DNA of 64,000 nt. Origin: an uncultured delta proteobacterium (GTDB lineage: Bacteria > Desulfobacterota > Binatia > Binatales > Binataceae). Numbering within the stretch: position 1 is the stretch's first letter; each line of letters opens with the position of its first letter. Under the pieces are notes generated by a model that worked only from the letters and a program-made list of their open reading frames with translations, was not told the DNA's origin and did not search any database. Positions 27,548-36,668 of the stretch are shown here, piece after piece. Location of the stretch: NCBI GenBank assembly GCA_963808235.1, contig CAWEEQ010000004.1:2619611-2683610 (forward strand). Direction: 5' to 3'. The position numbers and the translations under genes are program-made.

Positions 27548-29959
27548 GTGACATTAGAAAAATTCAACGCGCGCACGCGTCGCGCGCCGCTATATCGAGG
27601 ACTGTCGACCCGTGTCCGCGCGATGCTGATCCTCGCGCTGGGGCTGCTTTTTACGGCGGCCGCCGCACTTGCGCAGGGCCCCGCGCCAACAATTTCGCGG
27701 ATCGAGATCACCGGTAATCAACGCGTCGAAGCCGACGCGATTCGCATCCACATCAGCCAGCAACCCGGCCAACCGCTCGACCATGACGCCGTCGACGCGG
27801 ACATCAAGGCAATTTACAAGATGGGTTTTTTCGACAACGTGACGGCCGCGGTCGAGCAACGCGGCGGCGCCAACGTGCTGGTGTACAGGATCAGCGAACG
27901 CCCGCAGATAAGCGACGTCAAGCTGTACGGGATGAAAAAGATCCGCTCGAACGACGACAAGATCGTCGCGGCGGTCAAGGTTCATCCCGGCGCGATCCTG
28001 GATCCGATCGCGGTCAAGGAGAGCATCAACGGCATCACCCAGGTTTACGCGGAGAAGGGCTATACCGACGCGAAGGTGACTTTCAAAGCGATCCCGCAGC
28101 CCGACAACACGGCGTTCGCGGAATTCGACGTGGTCGAAGGCGGCACGGTCCAGATCACGAAGATCAACTTCGAGGGCAACAAGGCGTTTTCCTCGCGGAC
28201 GCTGGGCTCGGTCATCGAAACCAAAACTTACAGCAAGCTTCTCAGCTGGGTCACGGGATGGGGCGCGCTGGATCAGAAGAAGCTGCAGGAAGACGTCGAT
28301 CGGCTGAGCGCATTTTATTACGACAACGGATACCTGAACGTCCAGATAACGCCGCCGCGGGTGGTGCGCACGGGCGACCAGATTGCGCTGACCTTCACGA
28401 TTGACGAGGGCATCCCGTTCCGGGTCGGCAAAATCAATATCGAAGGCAATTTGAAGTTCCCGCGCCGCGAGCTGCGCAAACAAGTGACGATGAAGACCGG
28501 CGAGCTGTTTCGCGGCTCCGCGCTGCAGCATCAGGTGCTCGCGCTGTCGGACTTCTACTCTAATCGCGGCTACGCATACGTGAACGTCGATCCGCGCACG
28601 CAACTGATCAACTCGACCAAGAAGGTCAACGTCACCTTCGTTGTCAACCCGGGCCATGAAGTCCTGATCGATCGGATCAATATCAGCGGCAATACCAAGA
28701 CTGCCGACAAGGTTATCCGGCGCGAGGTCCAGATCCAGGAACAGGAGCCGTACAGCGCCGAGGAGATTCGCGACTCCAAGGTCCGGCTCGATCGGCTGGG
28801 TTTCTTCAGCGACACGCGAATCACAACCACGCCCGCGGCGCAGCCGGACAAGATCAATCTCAACGTCAACGTTACCGAGGCCAACACCGCATCGTTCCAG
28901 GTCGCGGGCGGTTTCGACAGCTATCAATCGCTGTTCGGCAATTTCACGCTGGGCAATACCAACCTGTTCGGCGGCGGCGAATCGTTGATCCTGAACGCGC
29001 AGGTCGGCTTCCTGTTCCAGAACTACAGCATCAGTTATACGGAGCCGTGGTTCCTGGATATTCCGCTCGGCGTGGGCCTGCAGTTGTTCGACAACAAGAC
29101 CTACCTGCTGAGCTTCAACCAGTCGTCGGCCGGATTTACGCTGACGACGACTTATCCGCTGACCGAACTGGGCTTCAAGAAGCTAGGCCCCCTTTCGCTC
29201 AAGGACGTAAGCGCGGGGCTCGGCTACTCGTTCCAGAGCGTCGGAATCACCGGATTGAACCCGCTCACGACTTTCCAGATTGCGCGCTATCGCGGCTATA
29301 CGCAGACCTCGGAGATAACGCCGACGATTCGGCGCTTCACGGTGGACAATCCGACCGACCCGCGCACCGGCACCGTCGAGAGTCTCAGCATGCAGTTCGG
29401 CGGAATCGGCGGGGGCAACGAATTCATCAAGGGGGTCGCGCACGCGCGCTACTTCTATCCCTTCCTGAAGAGCCAGACGTTTGGAACTTTTGTGCTTTCG
29501 CAGGGCGTCACGTTCGGCATCGGAACCAATCTGAAAAGCGGCACCGGCGGCGAACTTCCACTCTACGAGCGGTTCTTTCCGGGTGGCGTAGGCGGTCCCG
29601 GCGATGTGCGCGGCTACCAGTTGTATTCGCTCGGACCGCAGGTGACGATTTTCAACTCGGGTGGACAGCCGATCAGCGTTCAGGACGTCGGTGGCAGCAA
29701 GGAACTGCTCTTCAGCAACGAAATCACCTTCCCGATACTCTCGGGGCTTGGAATCCGTGGGGTGATATTCAGCGACGCGGGGCAATCGTTCCGGCTCAAG
29801 GATTCGCTGGACATCACAAAATTGCAGGCTTCGTTCGGCTTCGGCGTGCGCTGGAAATCGCCGTTCGGGCCGCTCGCGGTAGATCTCGCATTCCCGATAA
29901 ATCCGCGACCGGCGGATCAGAGTACAGTTTTCGAGGTCGGCGCCGGCTCGCCGCTCTAA
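27548..29959 (+). CDS. bamA: outer membrane protein assembly factor BamA
   Basis: Signal peptide, five POTRA-like repeats (ISRIEITGNQRV..., ISDVKLYGMKKI..., ITKINFEGNKAFS..., VGKINIEGNLKF..., IDRINISGNTKT...), C-terminal beta-barrel. Confidence 0.9.
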   Translation: MTLEKFNARTRRAPLYRGLSTRVRAMLILALGLLFTAAAALAQGPAPTISRIEITGNQRVEADAIRIHISQQPGQPLDHDAVDADIKAIYKMGFFDNVTAAVEQRGGANVLVYRISERPQISDVKLYGMKKIRSNDDKIVAAVKVHPGAILDPIAVKESINGITQVYAEKGYTDAKVTFKAIPQPDNTAFAEFDVVEGGTVQITKINFEGNKAFSSRTLGSVIETKTYSKLLSWVTGWGALDQKKLQEDVDRLSAFYYDNGYLNVQITPPRVVRTGDQIALTFTIDEGIPFRVGKINIEGNLKFPRRELRKQVTMKTGELFRGSALQHQVLALSDFYSNRGYAYVNVDPRTQLINSTKKVNVTFVVNPGHEVLIDRINISGNTKTADKVIRREVQIQEQEPYSAEEIRDSKVRLDRLGFFSDTRITTTPAAQPDKINLNVNVTEANTASFQVAGGFDSYQSLFGNFTLGNTNLFGGGESLILNAQVGFLFQNYSISYTEPWFLDIPLGVGLQLFDNKTYLLSFNQSSAGFTLTTTYPLTELGFKKLGPLSLKDVSAGLGYSFQSVGITGLNPLTTFQIARYRGYTQTSEITPTIRRFTVDNPTDPRTGTVESLSMQFGGIGGGNEFIKGVAHARYFYPFLKSQTFGTFVLSQGVTFGIGTNLKSGTGGELPLYERFFPGGVGGPGDVRGYQLYSLGPQVTIFNSGGQPISVQDVGGSKELLFSNEITFPILSGLGIRGVIFSDAGQSFRLKDSLDITKLQASFGFGVRWKSPFGPLAVDLAFPINPRPADQSTVFEVGAGSPL

Positions 29960-30139
29960 GCGATGCGTTGAGAGTGCATTTTCTGCGATTGCCAGATTGG
30001 CGGCGCTGGCCGGTCGCTTCGCTTTGGTGTTAACGGACGGAATAACGTGTATATTTCACCCAGCAGCGGCTGACGCATTGCCACTGCCGTGGAGACTTTT
30101 CCCAAAAACCGCAATTAGCAGGGAGGCAGTCCGGGCTGT

Positions 30140-30790
30140 ATGAGGCAACGATTTTTGTTCGGTGCGTTGATGGGCGCGGTGCTTGCGCTGATGTCCGCCG
30201 CGATTCCCGCGCGCGCCGAAATGAAGTTCGCGTACGTCGACGTGCAGCGTGCGCTCAATGAGTGCGACGCCGGCAAGAAGGCCAAGGCCGAGTTCCAGGG
30301 ACGCGTCACCTCGCTCGAAGGGCGCCTGCAGCGGCAGCAAAACGAGGTCCAGGCCCTTAAGGACGAGATCGAGAAAAAGGGCATGCTGATGACCGAGACC
30401 GAACGGCAGAGCAAGCAGGATCAGTACGTTGCCAAGCTCAAGAACTTCGAGCGTGACTACAAGGATTCGAAGGACGAACTGCAGGCCAAGGACAACGAGA
30501 TGACCTCCAAGATCGTGCACGATCTCGCCCAGGTCATTCGAACTATCGGCGAGCGCGACAACTACACGATGGTCATGGAAAAAGGATCGATACTGTGGGG
30601 CGCCCCCGGGATCGATATCACCGACCAGGTAATTCGCAGTTACAACGCGATGCACGTGCAGGTCGGCATGGTTGGAGAGACCGGTGGAGGCGGAGTATCG
30701 CGCACCAGTGCCAGCTCGGAACAGGCCGGCGCTCCGGTGCCGTCTGAGTTCGGCTCGTCCGCGGCCAAGCGCTCGACTATTTCGAAGTAA
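30140..30790 (+). CDS. skp: periplasmic chaperone Skp/OmpH
   Basis: Signal peptide then KFAYVDVQRALNECDAGKKAKAEF... coiled-coil OmpH pattern. Confidence 0.85.
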   Translation: MRQRFLFGALMGAVLALMSAAIPARAEMKFAYVDVQRALNECDAGKKAKAEFQGRVTSLEGRLQRQQNEVQALKDEIEKKGMLMTETERQSKQDQYVAKLKNFERDYKDSKDELQAKDNEMTSKIVHDLAQVIRTIGERDNYTMVMEKGSILWGAPGIDITDQVIRSYNAMHVQVGMVGETGGGGVSRTSASSEQAGAPVPSEFGSSAAKRSTISK

Positions 30791-30800
30791 GCTACCCGCC

Positions 30801-31256
30801 ATGTCTGACGACGCAAAGGTCGCCGAGCTTTCGCGGGTGCTGGGGCTGCTGCCCCATCGCTATCCATTTCTGCTGGTCGATCGGATCCTGGAAATCGGCA
30901 AGGGCCGGGTGGTGACTATCAAGAACGTCACCTTCAACGAGCCGTTCTTCGCCGGCCACTTTCCGGAGCGCCCGGTGATGCCGGGGGTGCTGATCGTCGA
31001 GGCGCTGGCGCAGTCGGGCGCAATCCTGGCGCTGAGCGAATTGGGTGCGAGCGCGAGCCGTCTGTTCATGCTTACGGGGCTCGACAAGGTGCGTTTTCGG
31101 CGCCGTGTGATTCCCGGCGATCAGCTTCGGATGGAAGTAAAAATTCTCAAATTTCATCGCCCGCTATGGCGAATGCAGGGCGTGGCGCGGGTCGGCGACG
31201 AGTTGGCGGCGGAGGCGGAGCTGTCCGCGATGGAAGTCCAGGAGCAAGTACCATAG
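30801..31256 (+). CDS. fabZ: 3-hydroxyacyl-ACP dehydratase FabZ
   Basis: LPHRYPFLLVDRILE...FFAGHFPERPVMPGVLIVEALAQ. Start set at MSDDAKV (30801). Confidence 0.9.
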   Translation: MSDDAKVAELSRVLGLLPHRYPFLLVDRILEIGKGRVVTIKNVTFNEPFFAGHFPERPVMPGVLIVEALAQSGAILALSELGASASRLFMLTGLDKVRFRRRVIPGDQLRMEVKILKFHRPLWRMQGVARVGDELAAEAELSAMEVQEQVP

Positions 31257-32044
31257 CCGGCCGAATCCATCCTTCAGCGATCGTCGACCAAAGCGCCGAA
31301 ATCGACACGAGCGTCGAAATCGGCGCCGGCACGGTCGTCGGGCCTGGCGTCAAAATCGGAGCCGGCACGGTAGTCGGCCCAAACGTGGTGATCGAATGTC
31401 TCACCACTATCGGTAAGCGCAATCGAATCTTCCCGTTCGCCATGGTGGGCGCCGCTACTCCCGATTTAAAATTTCATGGTGAGCCGGCGACGCTGGAGAT
31501 TGGCGACGACAACACGATTCGCGAGTTCACCTCGATTCATCGCGGCACCGAGGTTGGCGGGATGCGCACGACCATCGGCAATCACGTGCTGATCATGCCG
31601 TACGTGCATATCGCCCACGACTGCGAGATCGGCGACAATTGCATCCTGGTCAACTCGACCCAGCTCGGCGGGCACTGCGTGCTGGAGGAATTCGTGAATC
31701 TCGAAGGCATGAGCGGAGTGCATCAGTTCTGCCGCATCGGAGCTCACGCGTTCGTCGCGGCGGGCGCCAAGGTCGCGCAGGATGTGCCGCCGTACTCGAT
31801 GGTGGCTGGCGATCGTGCGCGGCTGGCGGGTATCAACGAGATTGGACTGCAGCGCCGCGGTTTTGGTCCGGAAAAGATCCTTGCGATCAAAGCCGCGACC
31901 CGCACCCTGTTTTTTTCGAAGCTGCTCCGCGAAGAAGCGATCGCGAAAACTCTCGCGGACCACGGCGACCTCTTGGAGGTCCGCCGGCTGGTCGATTTCA
32001 TCAACAACTCCAAGCGCGGAGTCGTTGGCCGCGAGCGTGAATAA
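31166..32044 (+). CDS. lpxA: acyl-ACP--UDP-N-acetylglucosamine O-acyltransferase LpxA
   Basis: IHPSAIVD...hexapeptide repeats...C-terminal helical domain. Start uncertain: first ATG is 91 nt inside fabZ. Confidence 0.88.
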   Translation: MANAGRGAGRRRVGGGGGAVRDGSPGASTIAGRIHPSAIVDQSAEIDTSVEIGAGTVVGPGVKIGAGTVVGPNVVIECLTTIGKRNRIFPFAMVGAATPDLKFHGEPATLEIGDDNTIREFTSIHRGTEVGGMRTTIGNHVLIMPYVHIAHDCEIGDNCILVNSTQLGGHCVLEEFVNLEGMSGVHQFCRIGAHAFVAAGAKVAQDVPPYSMVAGDRARLAGINEIGLQRRGFGPEKILAIKAATRTLFFSKLLREEAIAKTLADHGDLLEVRRLVDFINNSKRGVVGRERE

Positions 32045-32840
32045 GCTCGGGCTCATCGCGGGCAACGGTGTCTTTCCGCTCGAAGTGGCGCGCGCGGCGC
32101 GCGGCCGCGGACTCAAAGTCATCGCAATCGCGCATCTCAACGAAAGCGATCGCGCGATCGACAAGATCGCCGACGAAGTCACGTGGATCAAGGTCGGCGA
32201 GCTGCAGAAAATTATCGACGTGTTCAAAAAAGCCGGCGTCGCGGAAGCCGCGATGGCGGGCGGCATCTCGCGCGCTCGGCTCAAAGATTCGTTCGCACCT
32301 GACGCGCGCGCGCTCGCGATGCTCGCGAGCATCGGACGCTTCAGCGACGACGCGGTGCTGCGCGGAGTAGCGCGCGAAGTCGAAGCGGACGGAATCAGGA
32401 TGATCGATCCAGTTCCGATGATTCCGCACTGGCTGGCGCCGGCCGGTCTCGCCGCCGGACCGGAGCCGACTCCCGCGCAACTGCGCGATCTGGATCTGGC
32501 ATTCGCAGTCGCGCGGCAGTTGGGGCAATTCGACATCGGGCAGACCGTAGCGGTACGTGATGGAGCGGTCGCGGCGGTCGAAGCGCTCGAGGGCACCGAC
32601 GCGGCGCTGCGTCGCGCAGCATCGATCGTCGGCGCGGGACTGGTCGTCGCAAAAGCGGCCAAGCCCGGTCAGGACATCCGCTTCGATCGTCCCGCGATTG
32701 GACCTGCGACCATCGAGTTGCTTGCCGAGATCGGCGCGGCGATGCTCGGCGTCGAGGCCGGCATCGCGCTCATCCTCGAGCACGATCGCACGCTGGAGCT
32801 GGCGCGCTCGAAAAACGTGGGCGTGTACGGCCATGCGTGA
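32037..32840 (+). CDS. lpxI: UDP-2,3-diacylglucosamine hydrolase LpxI (DUF1009)
   Basis: GTG start VNKLGLIAGNGVFPLEVA; DIGQTVAVRDGAVAAVEALEGTDAALRR matches LpxI. 8-nt overlap with lpxA. Confidence 0.8.
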   Translation: MNKLGLIAGNGVFPLEVARAARGRGLKVIAIAHLNESDRAIDKIADEVTWIKVGELQKIIDVFKKAGVAEAAMAGGISRARLKDSFAPDARALAMLASIGRFSDDAVLRGVAREVEADGIRMIDPVPMIPHWLAPAGLAAGPEPTPAQLRDLDLAFAVARQLGQFDIGQTVAVRDGAVAAVEALEGTDAALRRAASIVGAGLVVAKAAKPGQDIRFDRPAIGPATIELLAEIGAAMLGVEAGIALILEHDRTLELARSKNVGVYGHA

Positions 32841-33783
32841 GCTGCGCGCAGCCGTAGTCGGAGCAGGCCGCCTGGGCACGCTTCACGCGCGCAAGTACGC
32901 CGCGGTTGAGGGCATCAAGCTCACGCACATAGTTGACCTCGACGAAGGACGCGCACAGAGTGTCGCGTCGGAACTCGGGGCGACGCCGCTCGCCGATTAT
33001 CGGTTGCTCGCGGGCAAAGTCGATCTTGTTACGGTGGCGTCGCCGGGCGTGACGCATCATGAGATCGCGTCGGCGATGCTGAAATCCGGAATCGACGTGC
33101 TGCTCGAGAAGCCGATGGCGGAGACGCTGGCGCAGGCCCGCGAACTCGCGAAATTGGCGTCAGCGAGCGGGCGTATTCTTCAAATCGGGCATCTCGAACG
33201 ATTCAATCCGGCAGTCGTTCATCTGCATTCGATCGTGAAAAATCCGCGCTTCGTCGAATGCCATCGGCTGGCGCCGTTCACCGAGCGCGGCACCGACGTG
33301 GATGTCGTGCTCGATCTGATGGTGCACGATCTCGACGTGATCATGTCGGTCGCGCCGTCGGAAGTCGCCTCGCTGGAAGCTATCGGGGTCGCGATTCTCA
33401 CCGATCGAATCGATCTCGCCAACGCGCGCATCCGCTTCCAGAGCGGGCTTATCGCCAACCTGGTGACGAGCCGCGTTTCCGCGCGGCGCGAGCGCAAGAT
33501 TCGCTTCTTCCAGCCCGACGCGTATATCTCGGTGGATTACGAAGCGCGCAGCATCCAGCTTTATCGCAAGACTCCCGCCGCGCGCGGCGCGAACTTCCCG
33601 ACTATTTCCGCGGAGCAGATAGAACTCGGCGAGGGCGATCCGCTCGCCGACGAGGTAAATGCGTTCGTCGATGCGGTGCGGCGCCGCTCCAAGCCCGCAG
33701 TCAGCGCCGAGGACGGGCTGCGGGTGATGGAACTAAGCGAGCGAATCAAGGACGTAATGCTGACCGACGCGATCGCGACTTGA
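32833..33783 (+). CDS. Gfo/Idh/MocA family oxidoreductase, GnnA-like by context (possible UDP-GlcNAc 3-dehydrogenase)
   Basis: MRELRAAVVGAGRLGTLHARKY Rossmann fold; EKPMA motif; ATGCGTGA overlap with lpxI. Confidence 0.75.
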   Translation: MRELRAAVVGAGRLGTLHARKYAAVEGIKLTHIVDLDEGRAQSVASELGATPLADYRLLAGKVDLVTVASPGVTHHEIASAMLKSGIDVLLEKPMAETLAQARELAKLASASGRILQIGHLERFNPAVVHLHSIVKNPRFVECHRLAPFTERGTDVDVVLDLMVHDLDVIMSVAPSEVASLEAIGVAILTDRIDLANARIRFQSGLIANLVTSRVSARRERKIRFFQPDAYISVDYEARSIQLYRKTPAARGANFPTISAEQIELGEGDPLADEVNAFVDAVRRRSKPAVSAEDGLRVMELSERIKDVMLTDAIAT

Positions 33784-33832
33784 CGCCTCCTTCCGGCTGC
33801 GCCAGCATTGACGTGGAGCTCCTGTTGAAAAA

Positions 33833-34279
33833 ATGCGTTCGACGAAATTCAAAATACTAGGCGGCGTCGTGCTCGCGGTGGGCGTGGGATTCTTAGTCTT
33901 CACCTCGAGTTCAAACTGCCGGATGGTGACCGGCCGCGAGGCGGTCGACGTCAACGTATCCGCGATGCGTCCGGGAAGCGCGCAACTGTTTTGCTACACG
34001 GACGACGCGGGCAAAAGACTTCGCTTCGTGCTCGCGCGCGGCACCGACGGCAAAGTGCGCACCGTGTTCGACGCGTGCCGGCAATGCTTCACGTTCCATC
34101 GCGGGTACCAGGTGGTGGGCGGCGAACTAATCTGCCGGGTATGCGGCAACCACTACCGCATCGATCGAATGGCCGAGGGCAAAGCGTCGTGCGTGCCGGC
34201 AAGCCTGCCGCATGAAGACGGGTCGGGGGTGGTGAGAATCAAGACCTCGGACTTGCAAGCCGGGCACGCGCTCTTCTAA
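33833..34279 (+). CDS. membrane-anchored Cys-ribbon protein (CxxC...CxxC), uncharacterised
   Basis: N-terminal TM helix; FDACRQC...ICRVCG four-Cys motif; immediately upstream of SCO1. Lacks the H/M-rich motifs of PCuAC. Confidence 0.5.
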   Translation: MRSTKFKILGGVVLAVGVGFLVFTSSSNCRMVTGREAVDVNVSAMRPGSAQLFCYTDDAGKRLRFVLARGTDGKVRTVFDACRQCFTFHRGYQVVGGELICRVCGNHYRIDRMAEGKASCVPASLPHEDGSGVVRIKTSDLQAGHALF

Positions 34280-34287
34280 GCAAATCC

Positions 34288-34899
34288 ATGAATCAAGGCC
34301 GCACCAGTCGTGTTCGCGGACGAGTCTTCTCGATCGTCGCCGTGGCGTTTCTGGTTGTTTTCTCGGCATGCAATCGGGAGGCGGCCGGCGATTATCCGGC
34401 GGCGAACGGGAATAATTGCCTGCCCGATGTGAGTCTGATCGATCAGCACGGGAGTACTGTTTCGCTGGCCTCGCTGAAGGGCAAACCGGTGCTGATCGAT
34501 TTCATCTACACGTCTTGCGCGTCGACCTGCCCGGTACTGACGGCGAAGATGGTGTCCGTGGCGCGCCAACTCGGCCCCGCTCTGGGAGCCAACGTGACGA
34601 TTGTTTCGATTACGCTCGATCCCGAGCACGACGGTCCCGCGCAACTCGCGAGCTATGCGAAATCGCAAGGCGCCGACGCTCGTGGGTGGCTGTTTCTGAC
34701 CGGCAAGCCCGCCCAAGTCGACCAGGTGCTCGCGCTGTTCAAGCTGCGGCGGATGCGCGAGAGCGACGGATCGATCACGCATTCGGTGTCGGCATTCCTG
34801 CTCGGTCCCGACGGCCACCAGGTTCGCCAGTACAATGCACTCAACGTCAACGCGAGCGCGGTAGTCGGCGATATCGATCGCTCGCGCGGCAAGAGTTAA
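34288..34899 (+). CDS. SCO1/SenC family copper chaperone (thioredoxin fold)
   Basis: LKGKPVLIDFIYTSCASTCP (CxxxC) ... TLDPEHD ... conserved His in SITHSV. Confidence 0.85.
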   Translation: MNQGRTSRVRGRVFSIVAVAFLVVFSACNREAAGDYPAANGNNCLPDVSLIDQHGSTVSLASLKGKPVLIDFIYTSCASTCPVLTAKMVSVARQLGPALGANVTIVSITLDPEHDGPAQLASYAKSQGADARGWLFLTGKPAQVDQVLALFKLRRMRESDGSITHSVSAFLLGPDGHQVRQYNALNVNASAVVGDIDRSRGKS

Positions 34900-34902
34900 C
34901 CG

Positions 34903-35223
34903 ATGGCAACCTCGCTGGGAATCGATCGGCTCTCTATTCGTCAACTTGCCGGCGCGATGGCGCTGGTGATGATGATTGCGAGTCTGCCGGCGATCGGCGT
35001 GATCGTCATTGCCGATCGTGCGGGGCCAACTATATCGCTCGACATCTGTCATCCGCTGCAATCGCTCGACGCGTCACCAGGCGCCGTGTCGATCGCGCGC
35101 CCCGCGCAGCCGGAGATTGGCATCCAGATTCTTGCGCATGAGGCATTTGCCCAGTTTGTTCCCATTGCGAAGAGTAAATTCGCCGAGACTCCCGATCCGC
35201 CTCCGCCCAAGTCGCTCTGCTAG
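34903..35223 (+). CDS. small single-TM protein with conserved C-terminal TPDPPPPKSL motif (uncharacterised family; paralog of 37617..37931)
   Basis: LVMMIASLPAIGVIVIA TM; ICHPLQ; ARPAQPE; ends ETPDPPPPKSLC. Clear paralogy with 37617..37931. Confidence 0.5.
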   Translation: MATSLGIDRLSIRQLAGAMALVMMIASLPAIGVIVIADRAGPTISLDICHPLQSLDASPGAVSIARPAQPEIGIQILAHEAFAQFVPIAKSKFAETPDPPPPKSLC

Positions 35224-35316
35224 ACGGACACCCTTACATTTTTTCGCAGATAGACGATTGCTCGCGGACCTCGACGGTTCGCGAGAGCAGGATACGGCCC
35301 GAGCTGGCCGCGGTGG

Positions 35317-36291
35317 ATGCTTATGCGGAGGAATTTTGTTTTTGCGTTGATAGCCGTGCTGGTGTTGCGCGCGAGCGCGGCATCCGCGCACGGAGTTGTG
35401 GGAGACTACGTGTTCCTTGAGCCGCTGGTGGCCGAGGATCCCACTCCCGCCAATGAGCTGGACATCCTGGCGCCATCGTGGGTCAGAAGCAGCGACGCTA
35501 ATGACTACTCGATCGGATTCTCGGGCGAGAAAGTTCTTTGGATCGACGACAACTACATGCCGACATTCAGCCTGGCGGCCGGTACGGCGTGGCATCATGT
35601 TTCGCCGTTTAACATCTCTGTGCCGCGATCACGGGTCCTCGGAACGCTCGCCCCACTGCACACACCCAGCCACGAAGGAGTTGATAATCCGGAGGTAGCC
35701 GCAAAATGGGCCTTCTTCTATTCGCTGCCACATGAGTTTCTGACCTCGGTAGCATTGGTAGCCGACTTGCCGGTGGGCAACAGCGCGATCCGGAATCAGA
35801 GCCACACGAGCCTAGGTCCGGAACTGCTTATGGAAAAGGGTCTCGGCGACCTTCCCAATATGCCGGTGCTGAAATATCTTCGGCCGCTGGGACTCCAGGG
35901 CAACGTCGGTTATTTGCCGGCACTAGGCGGGCAGACCAGTCATGACCTGTTTGCCAATGCTGTGATTGAGTATTCGCTCCCGTACCTGAGCAACAATGTT
36001 CAGGATATTGGACTCAAGTGGCCGCTCCGCAACCTCTACCCGTTCGTGGAAATCAACTACGATCAACTGGTCAAAGGACCATCGGGCCAGACATTCCCCT
36101 CGATCCTGGCGACCCCCGGCATCGCGTACGTCAGCTATCACTTCGAACTGAGCCTTGGCACTCAGTTCGCGCTCAACGACGCAGCCCGACCCGGCACCCA
36201 TGCCGCGGTGCTTGGTCTGCTGGACATTTTTTACGATTCGTTTTTCCCGAAATGGGGCAACTGGACTATCAATCGAGGACCCGGCCAATGA
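35317..36291 (+). CDS. exported hypothetical protein; predicted mature N-terminus begins with His (ASAASA|HGVVGDY); translationally coupled (ATGA) to copC
   Basis: Signal peptide MLMRRNFVFALIAVLVLRASAASA; amphipathic beta-strand-like C-terminal region. No recognised family. Confidence 0.55.
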   Translation: MLMRRNFVFALIAVLVLRASAASAHGVVGDYVFLEPLVAEDPTPANELDILAPSWVRSSDANDYSIGFSGEKVLWIDDNYMPTFSLAAGTAWHHVSPFNISVPRSRVLGTLAPLHTPSHEGVDNPEVAAKWAFFYSLPHEFLTSVALVADLPVGNSAIRNQSHTSLGPELLMEKGLGDLPNMPVLKYLRPLGLQGNVGYLPALGGQTSHDLFANAVIEYSLPYLSNNVQDIGLKWPLRNLYPFVEINYDQLVKGPSGQTFPSILATPGIAYVSYHFELSLGTQFALNDAARPGTHAAVLGLLDIFYDSFFPKWGNWTINRGPGQ

Positions 36292-36668
36292 AGACTTCGA
36301 AAATGTGCGTATCGGGTGCGGCGCTAGTTGCTATTGGGATGAGCTTTGCGATCGTGGCGTGGGCACATTCGTTTCCCGAGTCGGAGACTCCGTCGGCGGG
36401 ACAAACGGTCGCATCCGCTCCCGCCGAGATAACGATCAACTTCGACGCTCCGATAGAGAAGCTGTTCGCCAAGCTGGAAGTGACCGGCGCCGACGGCAAG
36501 AACGAAGCGGCCGGCGCTCCGCAGATCAGCGACGACGGACGGCGGATGTCGGTGAAGGTCAACGCGCTCAAACCCGGCGACTACGCGGTCAAGTGGGCCG
36601 TCGTAGGTATCGATACGCATCATACGCAAGGCTCGTACACGTTCGCGATCGCAAGCGGAGGATCGTGA
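36288..36668 (+). CDS. copC: copper resistance protein CopC (periplasmic Cu-binding, His1 mature N-terminus)
   Basis: Signal peptide ...IVAWA|HSFPESETPSAG; KPGDYAVKWAVVGIDTHHTQGSYTFAI matches the CopC fold. Confidence 0.85.
   Translation: MKTSKMCVSGAALVAIGMSFAIVAWAHSFPESETPSAGQTVASAPAEITINFDAPIEKLFAKLEVTGADGKNEAAGAPQISDDGRRMSVKVNALKPGDYAVKWAVVGIDTHHTQGSYTFAIASGGS

Noticed and set aside
27590-28927. 445-aa minus-strand ORF
   Set aside because: Entirely antisense to bamA, with no motifs. It is one of many long antisense ORFs (others include 31466..32662, 32001..32879, 45251..46612, 51450..52301, 21499..22317, 9863..10519 and 13862..14890), all attributable to high GC.
33833-34279. Assignment of the Cys-ribbon protein as the copper chaperone PCu(A)C
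   Set aside because: It lacks the His/Met-rich Cu(I) motifs of PCuAC. It has only a 4-Cys ribbon, so it was left as uncharacterised.
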